DNA of 64,000 nt from Octopus vulgaris (GCA_951406725.2 OX597832.1:46748001-46812000), one strand, 5' to 3'; counted from the first letter of the stretch, positions 41,650 to 54,517 are shown. Notes: a model not told the origin generated them from the sequence alone. Program-made: numbers and translations.

Positions 41650-41899
41650 TACAAGAATAATAATCTTCGATTATTATTCTGATGTTAATAAAACTCACAA
41701 TGATGATACTTTCATCATCTTCGTCATCGTTGCCGTTGTTGGAGTTTTTCTATAAAATATTTAGGTCTCTATTCTGTTTGTTGAAACGCTGTTCATCTTT
41801 GCTCTGTTAAATGTTCAGCATATCCGGTTTAAGTACACAAAATAGAAACCTCTTCAAACATTCATGTATTCGGACGTGTCAGGTAGATTGTGTGTATTT

Positions 41900-42760
41900 A
41901 GTGAGAGAGGGGTGAAAGAAGGGTGAAAGGAGGAGAGAGAGGGAAGGACGAGAGGGGGAGAGGGGAAGAGGAGGGCGAGTGGAGGAGAGGGGGAGAGGAG
42001 GAGAGAGAGAAGGGCGAAAGGAAAAGAGGGTGCGGGTGATAAAGAGCGAGTGGAAGAGAGGGAAGACGAAAAGAAGGTGAGGGAGAGAGAGAGAGAAAGA
42101 CAAAGGAGAGATGGAAGGACGAGAGGAAGAGAGAGAGAAGGAGAGAGGAGGAAAGAGAAAGAGGAAAAGAGGGTGCGGGTGAAAGAAGGGTGAGAGAAGG
42201 AGATAGAGGGAAGGGCGAGGGGAAGAGAGAGAGAGAAGGGTGAGAGGAGGAGAGAGGGAAGGGTGAGAGGAAGTGAGAGGGAGGGGTGAGAGGAGGACAG
42301 GGGGGAGAGGAAAAGAGGGTGCGGGTGATAGAGAGCGAGTGGAAGAGACGGAAGAAGAAAAGAAGGTGAAGGAGAGAGAGAAAGAAAGAGGAGAGAGAGG
42401 GAAGGACGAGAAGAAGAGATAGAGAAGGGCGAGAGGAGGAGAGAGAGGGAAGGGCGAGAGGAGGAGAGAGAGAAGGGTGAGAGGAGGAGAGAGGGAAGGG
42501 CGAAAGGAAGTGAGAGAGAAGGGCGAGAGGAGGAGAGGGGGAGAGGAGGAGATAGGGAAGGGGGGGAAGCGGAGACGGAAGGGGTAGAGGAGGACAGGGA
42601 GAGAGGAAAAGAGGGTGCGGGTGATAGAGAGCGAGAGGAAGAAAGAGAGAAGGGCGAGAGGAGGAGTGGGATTGAGGAAAAGAGGGTGCGGGTGATAGAG
42701 AGCGAGAGGAAGAGACGGAAGACGAAAAGAAGGTGAGGGAGAGAAAGAGGAGAGAGAGAA
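41900..42760 (+). repeat. Polypurine (GA-rich) low-complexity tract with recurrent aaaagagggtgcgggtga units
   Basis: Direct reading; explains the S/P/L-rich 292-aa minus-strand ORF. Confidence 0.9.
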
Positions 42761-42937
42761 CGCTATGCAAACACAAAAAATAAACTGGGAGAGACAGTAA
42801 AGCCTGGGAGAGGGGAAGACAGCTAAAGAGAAAGAAAGTGGGGGAAATCGGTTGAGTGCATGCGCAAGCGCAGCCAGTCTGTGAGGTAGGTAGGTGGACT
42901 TGAATATGGAGGACTTGAATTTTTATTCAAATTTAAA

Positions 42938-43266
42938 GGAGCACTCTGTCGGTTGCGACGACGATGGCCCCCAGTTGATACGATCAACGGAACAGATTGC
43001 TCGTGAAATTAACGTGCAAGTGGCTGAGCACTCCACAGGCACGTGTACCCCTAACGTAGTTCTAAGGGAGATTCAGCGTGACACAGAGTGTGACAAGCTG
43101 GCCCTTTTTTGAAAAACAGGTACTACTCATTTTCGCCAGCTGAATGGACTGGAGCAACGTGAAATAAAGTGTCTTGTTCAAGGAAACAACGCGTCGCCGG
43201 GAATTGAACTCATGACCTTACGATCTTGAGTCGAATGCCCTTAACCACTAAGCCACGCGCCTTCAC
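42938..43266 (-). mobile_element. SINE-E: SINE-C-like head and central domain with a different tail
   Basis: gtgaaggcgcgtggcttagtggttaa head and gacactttatttcacgttgctccagt shared with SINE-C; tail ...cgtcgtcgcaaccgacagagtgctcc differs. Confidence 0.8.
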
Positions 43267-43434
43267 TTTATTCAAATACAACAGATCGACAATCTATTTC
43301 GACCACGCAATTTCATATAAAGAAACAGTCAAATATCTAATCTGAACTGCTTAGTGTAACGAGATATCTAAGGAGAAAAATCGTAATCAGCAAAATTCAA
43401 CGATGCTGAAGAGCCTCTTATACCTGTTTTACCT

Positions 43435-43802
43435 CATTTGACTGCGGCCATGCTGGAGCACCGCCTTTAGTCGAAGAAATCTACCCCAGCCTAGTACTTA
43501 TATATCGGTCTCTTTTACTGAACCGCTAAGTTACGGGGACGTAAAATCACCTTCATCGGTTGTCAAGCGATGTTGAGGGGACAAACACAGACACACAAAC
43601 ATACACACACATACATATATATATGTTTATACATATATACAACGGACTTCTTCCAGTTTCCGTCTACCAAATCCACTCACAAGGCTTTGGTCGGCCCGAG
43701 GCTATAGTAGAAGACACTTGCCCAAGCTGCCACGCAGTGGGACTAAACCCGGAACCATTTGGTTGGTAAGCAAGCTACTTACCTCACAGCCACTCCTACG
43801 CC
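43435..43802 (-). mobile_element. SINE-A
   Basis: Consensus match. Confidence 0.88.
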
Positions 43803-44220
43803 TATATATGTAAATTTAAAATTTAGCCTGCTAAAATAAAAATTTTTTAATGTTGACTTTTCCTAAAGTAATAACCTATCAAATTAATAGAAAGAAATTA
43901 TAGTCCTTCATAAATAAATGACAAAACAGTTAGGGCTCAAAACTAAAATAATTTTGAGCTTGGATCAACTGACTAAGCATTGACTTGGCGCTAAACAACA
44001 ATACCAAAACACATAAATTAGAATTCCCGTATTTTCAGGCATATGAGGCGCACTCCAATTTGGGCAGTGACATCCCAATTTCGGCAGGCCTACTCTGCGA
44101 GAAACAAATTAACTGCGACTAACCCTCAAACCCCTAGCTGAATGTCTAACACATTTTTATGTATAGAAACCATGAAAATTTTAGAGTGTTGCCCTTTGGT
44201 AAAGACTGGCTGTGTGCATA

Positions 44221-44570
44221 GGCGCAGGAATGGCTATGTGGTAAGTAGCTTGCTTACCAACAACATAGGTCCGGATTCAATCCCACTGCGAGATGGTACC
44301 TTCGGCAAGTGTCTTCTACTATAGCTTCGGGCCGACCAAAGTTTTGTGAGTGAATTTTGTAGACGGAAACTGAAAGAAGCCCGTCATATATATATGTATG
44401 TGTGTGTCAGTGTGTGTGCTTATGTGTGTCTGTTTTCCCCATCATCGCTTGAAAACCGATGCTGGTGTGTTTACGTCCCCGTAATCTAGCGGTTCGGCAA
44501 AAAGACCGATAGAAATAAGTTCTAGACATACAAAGAATAGGTCCAGGGATCGATGATTTGTTCGACTACA
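44221..44570 (+). mobile_element. SINE-A, 3'-truncated
   Basis: Consensus match. Confidence 0.85.
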
Positions 44571-44825
44571 TGACTGATAGAAATAAAAAAGTAAATGAAT
44601 GGTAAGAAAAATTCTAGTATTTACCTTAATATTTACCAAATATCGTCACTGACCTTCGTGGTCACCAGTATTGTCCATTATTTATAACACTTACCAAGTC
44701 TACCCAAAGCCTGACCATTAGCATATAAGACGTAGAGTGACTTTTAGGAGAAATGTTTGTGGGAAGAAAAAGCACGCGTTATATGCCGGGAAATACGATA
44801 ATTCTTATTTTGGTATATTTCCAAG

Positions 44826-45051
44826 AGAGCTGGCAAACACGTTAGCGCGCCGGGCGAAATGCTCAGCGGTATTTCGTATGTCGTTACGTTCTGAGTTCAA
44901 ATTCCGCCGAGGTCAACTTTGCCTTTCATCCTTTCGGGCTTGATAAATAAGGTACCAGTTTCGCACTGGAAGCGATATAATCGACTCAATCCCTTCGTCT
45001 GTCCTTGTTTGTCCCCTCTATGTTTAGCTCCTTCTGGGCAGCAAAGAAATA
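44826..45051 (+). mobile_element. SINE-B
   Basis: Consensus match. Confidence 0.88.
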
Positions 45052-45135
45052 TATATTTCCAAGAACACACAATACTTACATTCTATTATTTATAGTTTTA
45101 TGTGTATTCGTCGAGATGTTCTAAAAAAATTATTA

Positions 45136-45492
45136 TTGGGTTGGTGCATAATTATTGGGGAATTTTTTTTTGTCAACAAATTTTATTCAACAAAAAAAAA
45201 ACAACCACATGTAACGAAAACATCTTTAAATGATTGATTATTCCGGAGCATATTCACCATCTCCTTCAATTTCTGTTTCCCATTTGCTTGGTAGACTCTC
45301 TTTTACTTGTTTCAGTCATGCTGGAGCACCGCCTTTAGTCGATCAAATCGACCACAGGACTTATTCTTTGTAAGCCTAGTACTTATTTTATCGGACTCTT
45401 TTTGCCGAACCGCTATGTTACGAGGACGTAAACACACCAGCATCGGTTGTCAAGCGATGTTGGGGGGGACAAACACAGACACGCAAACACGC

Positions 45493-45547
<55 letters not shown>

Positions 45548-45812
45548 CAATGGGCCTCTTTCAGTTTCCGTCTACCAAATCCACTCACAAGGCTTTGGTC
45601 AGCCCGAGGCTATAGTAGAAGACACTTACCCAAGGTGCCACGCAGTGGGACTGAACCCGGTACCATGTGGTTCGTAAGCAAGGTACTTACCACACAGCCA
45701 CTCCTACGACGGTCAGACCATCATTTAAAGATGTTTTTGTTAAATATTGTTATTGTTTTTGTTGAATAAAATTTGTTGAAAACGAAGCCGCAATAATTAT
45801 GCACCAACCCTA
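45136..45812 (-). mobile_element. Mariner-derived non-autonomous element (long IRs, TA TSD) interrupted by SINE-A
   Basis: Ends TA|ttgggttggtgcataattattg and caataattatgcaccaacccta|TA; about 100-bp imperfect IRs; minus-strand remnant SLPSKWETEIEGDGEYAPE* resembles the mariner C-terminal LPxRWxxxxxxxGxY. Confidence 0.85.
45295..45708 (-). mobile_element. SINE-A nested in the mariner relic
   Basis: Consensus match. Confidence 0.88.
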
Positions 45813-46443
45813 TACTTACCGAAAATTCATGAAATTCGTATGACGTCACAACAGAGTTAAAAGTGCCTATTGCTGATTTATTTTCATGACGGCGGCGAAG
45901 TCGTCTTTCTACTTCAAAGATTAAGATTTATTATGAATGTTAGAATTGTTAAGTGACTAACAGGATATATCTATTGTTGAAATGACTTTACACTGGAAAT
46001 AAAGTTGCAAATATGTATAGTGTTTTTTTACAAGAAAACGGTTACGTTTCTCAGAAACCAGGTGGAAACGGAAAGAGGATTTACCTAACATGGTGCACCT
46101 CTGTTTGTGCATACAAATGTGCGTGTGCTTGTCTCTGTACGTGTATAACATCATATCTAATGCATATTCACCGTAGAAAAGTGTGCAGTTCTTGACCGAA
46201 AGAAAACCTGTTCACAGAGTAGACACAATGTCTCAACGACACGAGATATATTGACGCGAAGCGAATGTTGTCGCACGAGTTATATGGGGTTAAATATACG
46301 TGTGTGTGTGTGTGTGGTCTTTATTTCTGTATGTATGTATGTATGAATCTATGTGTGTGTGTCTTTGTGTTTGTGTTTCTCCTCCCCACACCGCTTGACA
46401 ACCGCTGTTTACGCATCACTAACATGCATATATATATATATAC

Positions 46444-46560
<117 letters not shown>

Positions 46561-46790
46561 GCATAAGTAAAATAATCGAAGTTATGAATTATCAACATTA
46601 TCTATATATCGATGAACCACTCCTAGATCACCTGACCAAGTACACGAAATACAGCAACCTTAATTTATGCTTTTATTTTTGCATTTATTATCTTTTTTAT
46701 TTACCTATTTCTAAAATTGAAACTCGAAGCTCATTGTATATATGTGTGTATATGTATATACATATATGTATGTATATATATATATATATG

Positions 46791-46849
<59 letters not shown>

Positions 46850-47577
46850 GCATATATATGTTTGTAAGTCGGTCCCTGCGCGACACCCCTAAAAGCCAGG
46901 ACCTTTTCAGCAGCCCCTCGTACACGCACTTATATATATATATGCATACATATGTATATACTATAAGTAATATAGGCAATGTAGACGCACCTGCGCGCAC
47001 ATACTCACTCACATTCACTCACCAAGCGCACGCATATGATAAACATAAATATACGCCCAGTTCATTTTTGCCTCACCTTACCTATTTGTAGGACAGAAAA
47101 GAAGCCTTAGTTTCTTTTATATTCTGTTTCTCGTTTTTCCAGTTTACCAACGACCGCGTTACAACTTGGAAAAATTAATTGCTTCACTTAAGAGATGAAC
47201 TTAGGTACTGTTATTACATAAACGTTTTATTTTCGCTCGATATCTTCTTTTTTTTCCATTTCTTTCTCTTTTTGTGTGTGTGCGTGTACACTATTGAAAA
47301 GTGGTTAGGTCGGTGTTCACAACATTCTAGAACCCAAATGAAAGTAATACTCAGGAAATGTTAGTCATAAAATTACACTAACAGTTTATTGAGAGGCGTG
47401 GAATTAGACTGGATACATCCATCAACACATATATATATATATATCGGTTCATAAATTCAGAATCAACTTATATAGATTTTGCTACTATATATTGTACTAA
47501 TATTACAAAATGATGGACATAGATATACTAACGCTAGTATATAGCTTAGTACAGGTAAGCACGTGCTTATGTATATA

Positions 47578-47988
47578 TATTTCTTTACTGCTCACAAGGG
47601 GCTAAACATAGAGGGGACAAACAAGGACAGACGAAGGGATTTGAGTCGATTATATCGCCCCCAGTGCGAAACTGGTACTTTATTTATCGACCCCGAAAGG
47701 ATGAAAGGCAAAGTTGCCCTCAGCGGAATTTGAACTCAGAACGTAGCGGCAGGCGAAATACCTATTTCTTTACTACCCACAAGGGGCTAAACATAGAGGG
47801 GACAAACAAGGACAGACGAAGGGATTGAGTCGATTACATCGAACCCAGTGCGAAACTGGTACTTTATTTATCGACCCCGAAAGGATGAAAGGCAAAGTTG
47901 ACCTCGGCGGAATTTGAACTCAGAACGTAACGACAGACGAAATACCGCTAAGCATTTCACCCGGAGCGCTTAAGTGTCTGCCAGCTCG
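47578..47988 (-). mobile_element. SINE-B dimer
   Basis: Junction cgaaatacc|tatttctttac at about 47762. Confidence 0.9.
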
Positions 47989-48505
47989 TATGCATATACG
48001 TATTCCTGATGTATGTATGTACACACAAACACACACCTGCACTGAAAGCCTAGAAACCGAATGTGCCAATAGAGAAAGATGTCATCCCGTGCAAAGCAGA
48101 GGTCAATATGATTAGTCGATTACGCAAGAATAGTTTTTTTATAGTTTTGTTTGACATGTTTTTCGCCTATTTATCTGACGCACTATTTTCTCTCTCTCTC
48201 TCTTTTTCTCTGTCTTTCTCACCTCTGTCGGATTTTCTTCATAATAGTTAAGTCAACCACAACACATACTCAATCACACACAAGGAGGCATATATAAATA
48301 TATATATATAAATTTATTTATATAAATTTATATATAAATTTATTTATTTATTTACAAAAGATTGCCGGAACTATGCATAGTCCAGAAAGGAGAGGGTAAA
48401 CGTTTTTATTTCTCTTTCCATTTCAGAATTACAACTATTAGTGGTTTGGAGTTTGGCTGCTCTTTCTAGTGAGTCGGATGTCCTATTATGGCCATCTCTT
48501 ATGTT

Positions 48506-48562
<57 letters not shown>

Positions 48563-48754
48563 TATATATTGTGCATGTTAAGCTAAGAAGTAGTGCACGG
48601 TACAAGTATTATTGCTTCTTGAAAATGTTTTAACTGAAGAAAGTCTTACGTAATGGATGCAGTTCCTATTATATATTAAGTAATACAGAAACGTACGTAA
48701 TAAATGATTTCAAAATATTAATTTGTTTGTCATCGTTATTGATAGATAGATAGT

Positions 48755-48866
<112 letters not shown>

Positions 48867-49196
48867 TCAGGTGTTAATGGCTTGTAGAACAGACGCGTAG
48901 ACTGTGCCCGTAATATCACCCACTTCTTCAGTGTATATATGTCTTCGGAATCTGTACTAATTAACAAGCTAATTCGCTCGAGAGGCGATCGTTTTGAGTG
49001 AACATGCGGGGCACTAATAATCAAAATTGGTGAAGAATATATACAAATAATCAGGCATGCATAAACACAAAAACAAACATTTTATATCATATTACATTGT
49101 ATATATGTTCAGTGATTTCAAAGTTTAGCACAAGGCCATCATATTCGGGGTTGGGGTGAGTCGTTCCGTAACACTTATATATATATATATATATAT

Positions 49197-49393
49197 GTAG
49201 GTCCCGGGTTGAGTCGGGGTTAACCACAGTAAATAAGGTACTCAATACATAGCAGAGTAAATTAATTTATTTTATAGAAGGAGCTTCTACAGGACTAGTA
49301 CTGTTTCATTCAAATAAAATCGTCATGAGCTTCCTGATGATTTCATTTGAATGAAACAGTACTAGTCCTGTAGAAGCTCCTTCTATAAAATAA

Positions 49394-49400
<7 letters not shown>
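49197..49400. mobile_element. Probable Penelope-like terminal-repeat fragment as a fold-back palindrome in (TA)n
   Basis: Arms 49265-49325 and 49335-49395 are near-perfect reverse complements; (TA)n on both sides; contains a hammerhead. Confidence 0.75.
49327..49379 (+). ncRNA. Type-I hammerhead ribozyme motif, canonical core, predicted cleavage after GUA (49372)
   Basis: gagcttc CTGATGA tttcatttgaat GAAA cag-tactagtc-ctg TA gaagctc: 7-bp stem I, short stem II, near-palindromic stem III. Confidence 0.8.
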
Positions 49401-49436
<36 letters not shown>

Positions 49437-49535
49437 GGCAGAAACAAGGAAAATGCCACTTATATTTGAACACTATACAAATATTCCTTTCAAAAAACTT
49501 TTCTTTTAATTTTTCTAAATTTAATTATTTAATCG

Positions 49536-49579
49536 TTACAGTTGAAAAGGTCTCAAAATGATCGAAACCGGTACTGAAA
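49536..49579 (+). ncRNA. Minimal hammerhead ribozyme motif, U3-A8 covariant core
   Basis: ttacag TTGAAAA ggtc-tcaaaat-gatc GAAA ccgg TA ctgaaa; palindromic accggt stem III; inside a 49435-49665 insert flanked by (TA)n. Confidence 0.7.
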
Positions 49580-49662
49580 TGTTCTTTATAAAATTATTTT
49601 AGCATTTTCTATCTTGACTTGTTTTTTCATATATATCAACTCGTGTGTTCCTTTTCACCCTT

Positions 49663-49710
<48 letters not shown>

Positions 49711-50274
49711 TACAAACAGGGACAAAGGGTTTTAAGTCGATTATATCTTCCCCAGTGCGTAACTGGTACTTGTACTTAATTTATCGCCCCCGAAGTGATG
49801 AATGGCAAAGTTGACCTCGGCAGAATTTGAACTCAGAACGTAACGCAGACGAAATAACTATTTCTTTACTACCCACAAGGGGCTAAACACAGAGGGGACA
49901 AACAAGGACAGACATAGGTATTAAGTCGTTTATATCGACCCCAGTGCGTAACTGGTACTTAATTTATCGACCCCGAAAGGATGAAAGGCAAAGTCGTCCT
50001 CGGCGGAATTTGAACTCAGAACGTAGCGGCAGACGAAATACCTATTTCTTTACTACCCACATGGAGCTAGACACAGAGAGGACAAACAAGGGCAGACAAA
50101 CGGATCAAGTCGTTTATATCGACTCCAGTGCGTAACTGGTACTTAATTTATCGACCCCGAAGGGATGAACGGCAAAGTCGATCTTGGCGGAAGTTGAACT
50201 CAGAACGTAACGACAGACGAAATACCGCTAAGCATTTCGCTCGGTGCGCTAACGATTCTGCCGGCTCGCCGCCC
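49711..50274 (-). mobile_element. SINE-B trimer
   Basis: Junctions at about 49858 and 50042, period about 184 bp. Confidence 0.9.
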
Positions 50275-50370
50275 TTTTATATTATAGATATTATGTTAGA
50301 TCGTATACTATGTATAATATATTGATATATGAGAGTATTGTAGTTCGCTTGAAGCACTGTGTATTGTTTG

Positions 50371-50654
50371 TAAAGAATAAAAAGTTTTGAATGGTACAAC
50401 AATGCACTATAATACAGACAATGGGCTATTTACCTGTTGTAATTTAGTTATCCATAGTCTGATATGATATTTCGGAGTAATATTCCTTCTGCAGATATTC
50501 TTATGTGCAGCGACTCCATATAAGAATATCTGAAGAGGGAATATTACTCGAAATATCATATCAATCTATGGATGACTAAATTACACCAGCTATATAGCCC
50601 ATTGCCTCTATTGTAGTGCATTGTTGTACCATTCAAAACTTTTTTTATTCTTTA
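50371..50654. mobile_element. Fold-back palindrome (about 140-bp arms), probable Penelope-like terminal-repeat inversion
   Basis: taaagaataaaaagttttgaatggtacaacaatgcacta ... tagtgcattgttgtaccattcaaaactttttt.attcttta; hammerhead-like core in both arms. Confidence 0.75.
50515..50572 (+). ncRNA. Hammerhead-like motif, partly decayed
   Basis: tccata..tat CTGAAGA gggaatattactc GAAA tat-c-ata TC aatc tatgga; the opposite arm reads CTGCAGA a gga..tcc GAAA tatcata TC. Confidence 0.55.
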
Positions 50655-50932
50655 TTGATATATGTATTATATATAATATATGTTGTATACGTGTGTATAT
50701 GTGCGTGTAAATGAAGTTTACATTACGTGTTTATGTTCAGAAAACCGGTTTTGCTTTACTTGTGTCCTTTTGTATCTCGTAACATTTCACTTCGTTAAAA
50801 TAAGACTGATGTAATTAATCTAGTCGATACGATCGACAAAACTGAGTCGCAGTATAACGATCGAAACCAATGTACACACACACACACACACGCACGCACG
50901 CGCACACACATACACAGACACACACACACACA

Positions 50933-50976
<44 letters not shown>

Positions 50977-51221
50977 TACACAATCATAGAAGTGTAAGTA
51001 ATTCTGTATTGAACAGAACTTCAATGTTCATTGTAAGTTATACATGAGAGAATTCGATATCTGAGCAAGAAGAGATTTTCGCTCACGCATGCTCGTATTG
51101 ACTGCTCGGCTGTAAACGTCCGTACATGTTCAACACCTATAACGGTATTTCATTTTCGACTCTTTAACTCAATTTCTAGCATGATGTTAAAACACAACGA
51201 GAAATTATTTTCCATATAATA

Positions 51222-51623
51222 GGCTCAGGAGTGGCTCTGTGGTAAGTAGCTTGCTTACCAATCACATGGTTCCGGGTTCTGTCCCACTGCGTGGCACCTT
51301 GGGCAAATGTTTTCTACTATAGCCTCGAGCTGAACAAAGCCTTGTGAGTGGATTTAATAGACGGAAACTGAAAGAAGCCCGTCGTATATATGTATATATA
51401 TGTGAGTGTGTGTGTATGTTCTGTATCTGTGTTTGTCCCCCCAACATCGCTTGACAACCGATGCTGGTGTGTTGACGTCCCTGTAACCTAGCGGTTCGGC
51501 AAAAGTTACCGGCAGAATAAGTACTAGGCTTACAAAGAAAAGTCCTGGGGTCGATTCGCTCGACTAAAGCGGTGCTCCAGCATGGCTACAGCCAAATGAC
51601 TGAAACAAGTAAAAGAGAAAAGA

Positions 51624-51625
<2 letters not shown>
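51222..51625 (+). mobile_element. SINE-A, full length
   Basis: Consensus match. Confidence 0.9.
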
Positions 51626-51658
<33 letters not shown>

Positions 51659-51665
51659 ATTATTA

Positions 51666-51703
<38 letters not shown>

Positions 51704-52164
51704 GATTGAGAGAGCAGTGCATGCCATCAAAGTGACACTGGGGTAAAATATACGAAGCCCAATATACCCATCATGACTACCCGTCTGATAAGGGTACACC
51801 AGGCACATGCATCACAACCATATGTGCGCGACATGGTGATCTCATATCAAGATAAACAGCACATGACCTTGCAGGTGGGGCCCAGTTAGAATTTTCTGCA
51901 GGTTGAGTAGCCCATCCCGCTCAAAAGGTCCCTGAATAAGGGTTGTTTAAGGCTGTTGAAAGAACCACCCATGTTTCCAGAGGTGAATTATTCAAACCCC
52001 AAAGAATCCCTCCCAACACATGGCTATGATGCTCCCCCACTACTTCTGCTCGTGATCAGAGATACACATATCGTCAGCCACTAAGGGACATGCTCAACTG
52101 GTTACGGTCAAACAACTGACAAGCAAATATGTCGTATCGAGCAGAATATTTGCTGTAGCCCATC

Positions 52165-52168
<4 letters not shown>
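51704..52168 (-). mobile_element. Unclassified ~465-bp interspersed repeat embedded in (TAA)n (probable LINE 3' region)
   Basis: (TTA)n on both sides; partial second copy at 55259-55380 with the same end against (TTA)n. Confidence 0.7.
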
Positions 52169-52201
<33 letters not shown>

Positions 52202-52740
52202 CATTATTAATATCTTGTAGAAGCTAATAGTCATTGTGACCTGACGCCTTGTTAGTAGAGAAGATTGCTACTACTGTTTTAACAGAACATCATTTCATCT
52301 TACACTGCCTTTATATATGTAAATTTGTATACACAAATTGAAAAGAATGTAGAGCGATCATTCTCAGGGAACGTAAAACCGTGCGCAAGTGGAAAAAGTA
52401 GAGAAAATAATGCACATCCTTTATTATATATCAATTACTGCGTATGATGTCAATGAAACAAATGCTAACGAGGAACAAAAACAAATTAAGTAGCAATTAC
52501 TAAATTAATACAACATGTGAGGAGGATAAGTGACATGTGGAGTGTATATGAGTTAGAAGAGATGTTACCATTGGTGGTATTCTTTATAGTGTAGATTTCA
52601 CGGTGGGTAGGTCAATGACTGTTAGTAAAGAGACGATCATATCATTTCATGGCTTTTGACTCTGACTGAAAAAACAATTTCCGGAAGTATATCTATATTT
52701 TGCCTGTTTACTGAAAGACTATCCCAGTCTAAACTTTACT

Positions 52741-52957
52741 TTACTTTACTTTTTACTTGTTTCAAGTCATGTGACTGTGGCCATGCTGGAGCACCGCCTT
52801 TAGTCGAGCAACTCGACCCCGGGACTTATTCTTTGTAAGCCTAGTACTTATTCTATCGGTCTCTTTTGCCGAATCGCTAAGTTACGGGGGATGTAAACAC
52901 ACCAGCATCGGTTGCCAATCGATGTTGGGGCGGACAAACACAGACATACAAACATAT

Positions 52958-53024
<67 letters not shown>

Positions 53025-53189
53025 TACGACGGGCTTCTTTCAGTTTTCGTCTACCAAATCCAATCACAAGGCTTTGGTCGGCCCGAGGCTATAATAGAAG
53101 ACACTTGCCCAAGGTGCCACGCAGTGTGACTGAACCCGGAACCATGTGGTTGGTAAGCAAGCTACTTACCACACAGCCACTCCTGCGCC
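52741..53189 (-). mobile_element. SINE-A, full length
   Basis: Consensus match. Confidence 0.9.
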
Positions 53190-53779
53190 TATATCTAAAG
53201 TAACGTTTGTATTCTAAATTATAATCCTCATTAATTTCACAGGAACCTGTCGGTAAGGTTTACCTAAACGATGAATCATCTGTCAGTTAGTTGACCTGGC
53301 TACAGGAGGCAATAAAAATCTTGAAGAGGCAATAAAAAATTGCACAAGAAATCACCATATTAAACCCATTCTAGATTTTAACGCTAAACACAAACAGCTA
53401 TCATGTTGCTAGTGTGTTTCGTAAAAGATGGAAGCCTATAGCAAGTATGTTGCGAGTGAAAGAACCTGTTTAAACGAGAATGAAAAAAAGGAGAAGGCAA
53501 AGTCTTCAGTGTGAGTATGTGGTTTGTAGGTTCAACCGCGTCCTCCGCTTCATTTTTTGTTAATCACTCATTCTCATTTAATTGTATATATTTTAATTGT
53601 TTGTTTATTCATACGTTTCGTCTCATTCGATACCCTGACCCCCAACGTTTGTTTTGTCTGTCCTCGTATCGTCCCCTTTTTTTCTCAACCTTATGGTGAA
53701 TAAAGAAATTGGTTCTTATTAAAACTACACAATTGTTACAGAAACTGTTTAACTGACGGTAAATGATTATATTTTATAA

Positions 53780-53955
53780 GGCGGCGAGCTGGCAGAATCG
53801 TTAGCACGCTCGGCGAAATGCTTTGTGGTATTTGGTCCGCCGCTGCGTTCTGAGTTCAAATTCCGTCGAGGTCGACTTTGCCTTTCATCCTTTCGGGGTC
53901 GATTAAATAAGTACAAGTTACGCACTGGGGTCGATATAGTCCGTTTGTCTGTCCT
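53780..53955 (+). mobile_element. SINE-B, 3'-truncated
   Basis: Consensus match. Confidence 0.85.
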
Positions 53956-54274
53956 TAAATGATTATATTTTGTTGATATGAATGATTTGGTTATCATTCC
54001 TGCCCAATGTTTTCCACGGAAATATCCAAGTACAAACGGTGGAAGAATAATTTACAGAGACAAAATATCCTAATACACAACAAGAATGATTTGGAGAAGT
54101 TGGAAGTTATACCAAACATGATGTATTTGTTAGGTTGTCAAAGTATCGAGGTTTGATTCGCTCAATCGATGGATTTGCCCTTGTCAGTCAACCATTCCTG
54201 AATTGTTATACATGGGGACGGTCATATTTTTGCCAATTAAACACACGCACTATATATTTGGTCTTCATTTCACC

Positions 54275-54343
<69 letters not shown>

Positions 54344-54356
54344 GTTATTATTATTA

Positions 54357-54517
54357 GGAGTGGGGCTGTGTTGTAAGTGGCTTGTTTACCAGTCACATGG
54401 ATCCGGGTTCAGTCCCACTGCGTGGCACCTTGGGCAAGTGTCTTCTACTATAGTCTCGGGCCGACCAAAGCCTTGTGAGTGGATTTGGTAGACGGAAACT
54501 GAAAGAAGCCCGTCGTA

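Noticed and set aside
41898-42776. 292-aa S/P/L-rich ORF
   Set aside because: Stop-free only because the strand is polypyrimidine low-complexity sequence
48895-48935. Minus-strand CTGAAGA motif; also CTGAGGA near 60525 and CTGACGA at 15819
   Set aside because: No correctly placed GAAA, stem III and UH, so not called hammerheads
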